Origin: a virus
Lineage: Duplodnaviria; Caudoviricetes
IMG/VR virus record: IMGVR_UViG_3300033062_002302
Reading direction: 5' to 3' (one strand)
DNA length: 64,000 nt
Part shown: positions 57,677-64,000 of the stretch, one piece after another
Layout: every line of letters starts with the position of its first letter
Position numbering within the stretch: the first letter of the stretch is position 1
The notes under the pieces: generated by a model
Seen by the model: only the letters and a program-made list of their open reading frames with translations
Databases searched by the model: none
What the model was told of the DNA's origin: nothing
Program-made: the position numbers and the translations under genes

Positions 57677-57989
57677 CAATAAAGACATAGTCATTACATC
57701 AACAGCTAATGTTCCTGTTGGTGGTCAGCTGGCAAACAAACCAGCTCACTTAGTTACTCTTGTTGGAGAAGGTAAGAAGCAAAATAGATATTTCGTATCA
57801 TTTGATACGCCGGTATCTCAGGAACATTTCATTAAAGTAAAAGGGTTCTTTTCAGAATTAAAAGAAGACGAAATCGTATCACAATATAAACTTCTAATAT
57901 CTCAAGTAACAAACGAAAATGTTGTAGAATTATGGTTGCCTTGGCACTCCATATCGAGCGTAAGAAGTTTAGTTTTTAAAGCAAAATAA
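57669..57989 (+). CDS. hypothetical protein
   Basis: coupled ORF. Confidence 0.6.
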   Translation: MSNNKDIVITSTANVPVGGQLANKPAHLVTLVGEGKKQNRYFVSFDTPVSQEHFIKVKGFFSELKEDEIVSQYKLLISQVTNENVVELWLPWHSISSVRSLVFKAK

Positions 57990-58010
57990 TCAATAGAAAG
58001 AGAGCATAAA

Positions 58011-58295
58011 ATGGTATCAAAGAGTACAACTAAAAGCAAAGAAATTCAAGACATTCTATTCACTTCCGTAACTAAGATGTTACGTAAAAAGTCAAAGTTC
58101 GTAGGAACGATGACAGATCTTAATTTGGTCGTGGCAAGGATGCAGGGAATTAACGGAACTTTAGTCTCAACGCCAAGCGCATTGAGAGTCGTACTTAATA
58201 AAGTAGTAAATCGTTTAAGGAATGCTGGAGTATCCGTGCGCTTTACTCGATCAACGGATAAAGCTAGAAGTAGATTAGTCAAATTTTCAGTATAA
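58011..58295 (+). CDS. basic hypothetical protein (possible DNA binding)
   Basis: Arg/Lys-rich, 94 aa. Confidence 0.55.
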   Translation: MVSKSTTKSKEIQDILFTSVTKMLRKKSKFVGTMTDLNLVVARMQGINGTLVSTPSALRVVLNKVVNRLRNAGVSVRFTRSTDKARSRLVKFSV

Positions 58296-58350
58296 TCTGA
58301 AGCGATGACAGAATAACAAAATTCTAGCTTAATAACAAAAGGAATATTAT

Positions 58351-59070
58351 ATGGCAACTACATTTGGCGAAGTTTCATGGAGCGATGATAGTGTTTATGG
58401 CGGCAACGACAAAAAGAGTCAAGGAAAAGACTCTTGGATGCGTTTAGAGGAAGGTAAGAACGTAGTTCGGTTACTAACTCAGCCTTATCAGTATTTAGTT
58501 CATAAGGGTATTAAGCGTGAAGGTGATAAAGGTTATGGACAGAAGGTTTTCTGTTCAGCAATACATGGACATTGTCCACTTTGCAGCATGGGGCTAAAAG
58601 CTTCAGCGCGCTGGTATTTGGGCGTTCTTGATCGTAAGTCAAATTCCTACAAGATTCTTGATATTTCATATCAGGTATTCTCTGGAATACGAAAGCTTGC
58701 TCAGGATACGGATGTTTGGGGAGATCCATCAAAGTATGATGTCAACATCGTTGTTGATAAAAATGGTGGAGCTTCTGGTTATTACACGGTTCAGCCAATT
58801 CCTCATAAGCCTTTGACGCCAGAGGCACAGCTTATTCGAGATAAGGTTGATTTAGATGAACTCAAACGGAAGGTCTCTCCTCCAACGCCAGGAGAGGCGC
58901 AGAAGCGTCTTGATAAGATTTTGGAAGGTGGAACCTTGGCTATGCCCCAAGCTCCTGCTGGGAAGGCTGGAGCCTCAGCAACTCCTAAGGTTCAATCTCC
59001 TCCTCCGGTTGAGATGAATTCGGATGATGATGCTTCGGATATGTTTCCGGATTATGAACAACAAGCTTAA
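58351..59070 (+). CDS. gp32-like single-stranded DNA-binding protein
   Basis: WMRL..G.N.VR, C..CPLC, WGDP..YD, acidic tail; strong RBS and downstream terminators. Confidence 0.7.
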   Translation: MATTFGEVSWSDDSVYGGNDKKSQGKDSWMRLEEGKNVVRLLTQPYQYLVHKGIKREGDKGYGQKVFCSAIHGHCPLCSMGLKASARWYLGVLDRKSNSYKILDISYQVFSGIRKLAQDTDVWGDPSKYDVNIVVDKNGGASGYYTVQPIPHKPLTPEAQLIRDKVDLDELKRKVSPPTPGEAQKRLDKILEGGTLAMPQAPAGKAGASATPKVQSPPPVEMNSDDDASDMFPDYEQQA

Positions 59071-59071
59071 C

Positions 59072-59094
59072 ATACGGCTCTAAGTCGTATTTTT
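59072..59094 (+). terminator. weak intrinsic terminator
   Basis: ATACGGC-TCTAA-GTCGTAT followed by TTTT. Confidence 0.45.
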
Positions 59095-59112
59095 AAACAC
59101 ATCTCTTCAATG

Positions 59113-59146
59113 AAAAAGGAGGCTGAGAAATCAGCTTCCTTTTTTT
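59113..59146. terminator. intrinsic, probably bidirectional terminator
   Basis: AAAAAGGAGGCTGA-GAAA-TCAGCTTCCTTTTTTT. Confidence 0.85.
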
Positions 59147-59188
59147 ATTATTAAGGTTTTATAGTGGTATATGGACTATGGAGTCTAT

Positions 59189-59824
59189 ATGATTAAAAAA
59201 ATTCTTGGAATTGACGTTTCAAGCACAACCACAGGTATTTGCGTTCTTCTTTTAAACGAAGAAACTAAAGAAATTAGTTTTGATTCGGTAACATATTTAA
59301 AACCAAGTCATGATGGAAATATTCTAGATCGATTAGAAGATACTAGAATAAAAATGAAAAAAATCATTGAAGACATTAATCCTGATTATATTGCAATTGA
59401 AGATATTATAACCTTCTTAAGGAAGAAGAGTTCAGCTAATACTATTATTACTTTAGCTGTTTTTAATCGAATGATTGGGATTTTAGCTTATCAGCAAATT
59501 GGTCGAGCACCAGAATTATATAATGTTTTATCAATTAGGCATGGTTTAAAACTAACTCCTAAATTTCCAGAAAAAGAAGAGATGCCGGAAATTGTTGCCT
59601 CTCATTTGGGAATAAAATTTCCTTGGGAATTTAATAAAAAAGGCAATCCAAAGGTCGAGTCTTATGATAAGGCGGATGCGATGGCGGTTGCGCTTTTTCA
59701 TGCCTTTTGCCTGGTTGGACGTTGTAAGGTTAAACTCCCGACAAAGAATTCTAAGAAGAAAAAGACAAAAGTCAAGCCGGTCGCTAAGAAAAAGACAATA
59801 AAAGCAAAGAATAAAAAGAAATGA
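59189..59824 (+). CDS. ruvC: RuvC-like Holliday junction resolvase
   Basis: ILGIDVS..TG, IAIED, DKADAMAVA. Confidence 0.8.
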   Translation: MIKKILGIDVSSTTTGICVLLLNEETKEISFDSVTYLKPSHDGNILDRLEDTRIKMKKIIEDINPDYIAIEDIITFLRKKSSANTIITLAVFNRMIGILAYQQIGRAPELYNVLSIRHGLKLTPKFPEKEEMPEIVASHLGIKFPWEFNKKGNPKVESYDKADAMAVALFHAFCLVGRCKVKLPTKNSKKKKTKVKPVAKKKTIKAKNKKK

Positions 59825-60837
59825 AAAAGAGTGAAGCTTATCAATTACTTGGATTATCTGAATCTGCCACCAAAGAAGAAGCTAAAAAAGCTTTTAAGAA
59901 ACTGGCGGCAAAGCATCATCCAGATGTAAATAAAGATCCTGCCTCTATTGATACCTTTAAGAAAATAAATTCAGCTTATCAAGCCATTGAGTCAAATAAG
60001 TTTGAAGACTCTCATCCTTTTAATCCCTTTTCTCATGCTCAGGGTCCATCCCAAGGCGGCTGGGACATTTCTGATTTTTTCAATGTCAATTTTGGAGGCG
60101 GTTTCAAGCAACAAATTATTATGGAGGATATTCATTTAGAAAGAACTATTTCTTTCAAAGAGTCTGTCCTTGGAACGCAATTAGACCTTTCTTATAAACG
60201 AAACATTCAGTGTCAAGATTGTCAAGGTGAAGGCGTAACCAAAACTAATAATTGCTCAAGGTGCAAAGGAAAAGGTCATATTTATGAAAATAATAAAAAT
60301 ATGTTCTTTGCCAAGCAATGTCCAGAGTGCAAAGCTAAATTTGATGAAAAAGATTGCATAGGTTGCAATGCAACTGGTTTTATGAATTCTCAAAGTTCTG
60401 TTACGGTTAGAATTCCGGCTGGGGTCGTTGATAAGAACGTTCTTCGTCTCAATGGGATGGGGAACTTTTATGGGAGCTTCGCTGGGTCATCTAGCGCATA
60501 TCTCAAAATTCGAGTTACCCCAGAGCCGGGTCTTTCCTTGGTTGATGGGGACGTAATGTCTGAAATTGAAATCTCTCTCTTAGAGGCGCTGGAGGGCTGC
60601 AAAAAGAAAATCAATACCATTGATGGGTTTAAAGAAGTAGAAGTCAAATCCTTGATTAAAAATCAGGAAGAAATAATTCTTCCAAATATGGGGGCGAATC
60701 GTTCTGGAAAACAACGTGTTATAGTTAAAGTATCATATCCAGATGATGTTGCTCAATTAATTAAAAATTTGAAAGATTCTTCTAATGCTCCAAATCCCTT
60801 GCCCGAAATGCACGAAATACCAGCCCCCATATCTTGA
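59821..60837 (+). CDS. dnaJ: DnaJ chaperone
   Basis: J domain HPD, CxxCxGxG repeats, C-terminal domain. Confidence 0.9.
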   Translation: MKKSEAYQLLGLSESATKEEAKKAFKKLAAKHHPDVNKDPASIDTFKKINSAYQAIESNKFEDSHPFNPFSHAQGPSQGGWDISDFFNVNFGGGFKQQIIMEDIHLERTISFKESVLGTQLDLSYKRNIQCQDCQGEGVTKTNNCSRCKGKGHIYENNKNMFFAKQCPECKAKFDEKDCIGCNATGFMNSQSSVTVRIPAGVVDKNVLRLNGMGNFYGSFAGSSSAYLKIRVTPEPGLSLVDGDVMSEIEISLLEALEGCKKKINTIDGFKEVEVKSLIKNQEEIILPNMGANRSGKQRVIVKVSYPDDVAQLIKNLKDSSNAPNPLPEMHEIPAPIS

Positions 60838-61111
60838 TCCAAAGACTGAAAAAGTTTATTGTTCCGCTTGCAATCAAGAAATTCCAGGAACTCACTTTAT
60901 TAAGGTTCAATTAAAAGCCCTTAAACAATACAAAGAGGTTAACAAGACTTCATTTTCGGTTAAATGCGATAAATGTTCAAATGAAGACCGACCTGCATTA
61001 ATCAATAATCAAATTTATTGCGTCTCTTGTAAAAAAGAGATTGGAAATTTAACCGAGGTTTTTAAAGAAATGCTTCGAGTTAATCTAGGCAAGGCAGATA
61101 AAGATGTTTAA
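60785..61111 (+). CDS. double zinc-ribbon protein
   Basis: four CxxC pairs. Confidence 0.6.
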   Translation: MLQIPCPKCTKYQPPYLDPKTEKVYCSACNQEIPGTHFIKVQLKALKQYKEVNKTSFSVKCDKCSNEDRPALINNQIYCVSCKKEIGNLTEVFKEMLRVNLGKADKDV

Positions 61112-61376
61112 GGTAGAAGCATCTATCTATCCTATAGATTCTGAAATTCAGCCTCCTGATCCTATAAAAGATATAGGTCATGTTTACATTAGAATCTCGC
61201 CTCCTATTGAAACATGGAGAATGATTATTAATTATGATCAATTTAATATTGAATTAAATAAGCTTCTAGCTTCATATTATTACGAAACTTTAACTAAAGC
61301 GACACTTCAATTGATTGAAGCTCAATTAACTAATTTTATTAAAAATAAAATAAATGATGGTTCAGTCATAATATGA
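61104..61376 (+). CDS. hypothetical protein
   Basis: coupled ORF. Confidence 0.5.
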   Translation: MFKVEASIYPIDSEIQPPDPIKDIGHVYIRISPPIETWRMIINYDQFNIELNKLLASYYYETLTKATLQLIEAQLTNFIKNKINDGSVII

Positions 61377-62146
61377 CACTTAAAAAAGTTATCGATTTAG
61401 GTCGATATTTATTACAAAATTGTCCGGAAGCCGAAGATGTTCAGGCTTATCTGGATACACGCGTTTCTAGAGAATGTCAAGAAAAGTTTGAATTTGGGTA
61501 TTTTCCGCCGCCTTTCAATTTAAAATTGATCACATCATCTATTGATGAAAAAGAGCTTGAAAAGCTTGGTCTTCTTTATATTCGAAACGTTCATGACTCT
61601 ATTTCTGCCAGAATAGAGTATGACCCGTATTTTACCCATCAACCATTGATTATGCCATACAAAGATGTTTATGGCAATGTTATTGCCATTGTTGGAAGGT
61701 CTCTTTTAGAAGATGATGAACGTAAAACATTAAAAATTGAAAAGTATAAAAATACTAAATTTAAAAAAAATCAACATTTATTTGGATTATTTGAAGCTAA
61801 AGAGTCTATTATTCAAAATGATTTAGTTTATGTTGTTGAAGGTCAATTCGACGTTATTAAAGCGTTTGAAAGAGGAATAACCAATATTGTAGCGCTTGGA
61901 AGCGCGAGCATGTCTGATTATCAAGTTTCTCTCATTTTAAGATATACTAAAAATATATTACTATTATTAGATAATGATACCGCTGGAGACAAGGGCAGAG
62001 CTTTGGCAAGAACTAAATACTCTGATATCGCAAATATCAACGATATTTATCTTCCAGAAGGTTATAAAGATATTGATGATTATTTGAAAGATAATGATGG
62101 CGACTCTTTAGTTTTCGCAACAAAAGATTCAAATATACGGTATTAA
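61373..62146 (+). CDS. dnaG: DnaG primase catalytic core/TOPRIM (no Zn finger)
   Basis: YL..R, FGY, GR, KYKN, VVEGQFD, LDNDTAG, KDIDDY. Confidence 0.85.
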   Translation: MTLKKVIDLGRYLLQNCPEAEDVQAYLDTRVSRECQEKFEFGYFPPPFNLKLITSSIDEKELEKLGLLYIRNVHDSISARIEYDPYFTHQPLIMPYKDVYGNVIAIVGRSLLEDDERKTLKIEKYKNTKFKKNQHLFGLFEAKESIIQNDLVYVVEGQFDVIKAFERGITNIVALGSASMSDYQVSLILRYTKNILLLLDNDTAGDKGRALARTKYSDIANINDIYLPEGYKDIDDYLKDNDGDSLVFATKDSNIRY

Positions 62147-62173
62147 TTTTATTTAATACCAGAATGGGTGTTA

Positions 62174-62611
62174 ATGGAAAGAAAAAATCGTTCAGAGGCA
62201 TATCAGTATCTAATCGCAGAAAAGCTTTATTCAAACGATATGATGGAGTCATTTAGCAATGATGAATCCATCTCTCATCGTTTAAATCCATTTGAATATA
62301 ATGAAGACTTGTTAGATTTGACAGACGAACTCAAGGTGGAGTTTTGGAGAATTGTCAATAGTCTTTTAACCGATCGCCAGAAAGAAGTTATTCGTCTTTA
62401 TTCAGATGGGTATACCCAAATGGAGATTGCTAAAAAATTAAATGTAAATCAAAGCTCCATTACTAAATCATTAAATGGTAATGTAGACTATAAGGATGGG
62501 CGCCGGGTTTACGGTGGCTCTATGAAAAAGATTAAAAAAATCATAGAGATGGATGATAAAATAAAAGACATTTTAGATAAGATGAGCGCCCTTAGAAACG
62601 AAAAATGGTGA
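62174..62611 (+). CDS. sigma70 region 4/LuxR-type HTH protein
   Basis: LTDRQKEVIRL..GYTQMEIAKKLNVNQSSI. Confidence 0.75.
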   Translation: MERKNRSEAYQYLIAEKLYSNDMMESFSNDESISHRLNPFEYNEDLLDLTDELKVEFWRIVNSLLTDRQKEVIRLYSDGYTQMEIAKKLNVNQSSITKSLNGNVDYKDGRRVYGGSMKKIKKIIEMDDKIKDILDKMSALRNEKW

Positions 62612-62743
62612 AAAATCAACATTTTGTTGGCAGAAATATGTTTTCAATTACTTCAAATAATTTAGTTGGTGATTTTCGCTCACCTTTATTACATAGTAAT
62701 AATCAACCATTTAATAGAACGTATTGTGTTTAATGGAGACGTA

Positions 62744-63217
62744 ATGTCAAAAAATTCACTAGATTTTGAAGGCTTAGAGGCGCGACTTTCTTCTAAGAAA
62801 ATATATAAGCTTGCGGATGTCAAGCATAAATTAGAGAGAGTCGCTTTTGATATTGTCAGATTCAAAGAGAATGATGATACGGCGGCACTTTGGCAGATTC
62901 AGAGCGCAGATGACGGGGAATACATCGTCACCCTCTATGATCCGAAGGAAGAAGAGACGGTCAAGACAGCCTCCCTCCCTTGGGAAGTTGTTCTGTCTAA
63001 AACGGCTAAGGAGCTAAATCTTTTCTATAAAGGAGACCCAATTGGCAAAGTCTCTCTTTCTCAGCTTGGTTTACCCGAGTCTGAGCTTTCTCATGTAGAA
63101 AGATATTTGCCAAAGAAATTGTCAGAAAATAAGAAATTGGTCAAGGCATTTTTAAATGATCTCGGCTCATCAGCTAAAAATGCGGTATTAACTAAATATC
63201 CTGAGTTGGGCGCCTAA
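62744..63217 (+). CDS. hypothetical protein with KTAS motif (candidate virion protein)
   Basis: GGAG RBS before ATG 62744. Confidence 0.6.
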   Translation: MSKNSLDFEGLEARLSSKKIYKLADVKHKLERVAFDIVRFKENDDTAALWQIQSADDGEYIVTLYDPKEEETVKTASLPWEVVLSKTAKELNLFYKGDPIGKVSLSQLGLPESELSHVERYLPKKLSENKKLVKAFLNDLGSSAKNAVLTKYPELGA

Positions 63218-63225
63218 AGGTAAAA

Positions 63226-64000
63226 ATGGATTTTAATAAAATGCAAAAAATAGTAAGTTCATTAGCCAAGTCAGTTGATGATAATGAGCGATTAGCTGTT
63301 CCGTTTCTTAATATGAAGCTCAAGAGCTTGGCTTCTGATTATCCTAACGATCAAACGATTGTTATGGTTTCTGATGTTATTTCTAAGCTCGCTAATCGTC
63401 AAATGTTTATTACCAGAGCTGAATTGAGGTCTATTTATGCTAAAATGCATTCTGGACGAACTAAATTTGCTGAATTAATGGAAGATGAGCTTGGTAAAAA
63501 AGACGAATTAAAGGCGCCCACGTATGCGCCTGCGCATGTAGAGCCGCTTAAAAATTTAGAAAATACCGATTCTGTTTTAACTAATGCATTGGCTAATGCC
63601 TTTGATAACAAGGTTCAATTAAAATCATATTCTAAAGAAGCCGCAGAGCAAGCTAAATTTATGGTTAGCCTTAATTTAGATTCCTGGAATATTAAAGCTT
63701 CAAAGTTAGAAGTTGAATCTGGAAATGAAAGTTTTATTGTTGTTAAAGCTGATTATGATACTCCAAAAGGTGTTACGAGCATATTAGTTCCAGTAGAAAT
63801 TACTAAAGGCAAGGCTTTGAGCCCTTCTGTTTTCATGGGAAATACGGGTCCTCAAGACTTAAATCATGCTAAAATTAAAGAGTACATCCTTTCTCAAGCC
63901 GGAAAAACGTTAAAAGTTAATGCTAAAGACATTGTTAAGACCTTAAGCAAGTTTGCTAATCCAGGAACTGAATTAACGAATGCGGAGTTAGCTGTTACCA
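63226..64000 (+). CDS. partial (3'-truncated) hypothetical protein
   Basis: AAGG RBS; MDFNKMQKIVSSLAKSVDD... open to the window end; absent from the ORF track. Confidence 0.7.
   Translation, partial: MDFNKMQKIVSSLAKSVDDNERLAVPFLNMKLKSLASDYPNDQTIVMVSDVISKLANRQMFITRAELRSIYAKMHSGRTKFAELMEDELGKKDELKAPTYAPAHVEPLKNLENTDSVLTNALANAFDNKVQLKSYSKEAAEQAKFMVSLNLDSWNIKASKLEVESGNESFIVVKADYDTPKGVTSILVPVEITKGKALSPSVFMGNTGPQDLNHAKIKEYILSQAGKTLKVNAKDIVKTLSKFANPGTELTNAELAVT

Noticed and set aside
1872-62252. Short alternative-frame and antisense ORFs nested in longer genes (e.g. 7236-7601, 17674-17988, 48478-48864, 58046-58357)
   Set aside because: Fully overlap well-supported genes and have no motifs or RBS; treated as shadow ORFs.
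1-64000. Genome-wide stop-codon reassignment (TAG or TGA)
   Set aside because: Long genes are intact in code 11 with very high coding density. TGA and TAA end most genes and TAG ends a few; only isolated internal stops were seen.
1-64000. Bacterial (e.g. CPR) chromosome
   Set aside because: Host-like genes (tig, clpP, def, dnaJ, topA, rpsU) are scattered among orphans and T4-like replication genes, without their usual operon partners (clpX, fmt, dnaK, ribosomal operons). Phage origin is more likely, although no capsid or terminase gene is in the window.

Overview
AT-rich, very densely coding, mostly + strand 64-kb segment, best interpreted as part of a large (jumbo/huge) tailed-phage genome. 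Evidence: T4-like gp32 SSB, UvsY-like protein, RecA, SbcCD, RuvC, dNMP kinase, DnaE, a split primase, two cell-wall hydrolases, many small orphans, and no core bacterial operons, rRNA or tRNA. The left third (1-24 kb) is accessory. It holds a ~10-kb glycosylation/sugar-modification operon, Thg1-like, HD, Pth2-like and NUDIX genes, and 14 copies, in four tandem clusters, of a small HRxDGPA-repeat protein family. These copies have variable repeats but conserved C-terminal tails (KLAMFW / ELIFS), and the tail's Trp+stop codons double as the ribosome-binding site of the next gene. The right two-thirds carry host-like proteostasis/translation genes (ClpP plus a catalytically dead ClpP, trigger factor, PDF-SEC-C, DnaJ, bS21, DksA, AAA ATPase, M41-like peptidase) and the replication/recombination core. 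The best candidate for an undescribed system is this expanding, recombining cassette repertoire of variable binders with a shared docking tail, possibly protease or clamp adaptors. All annotations come from motif recognition by eye; no database searches were run.
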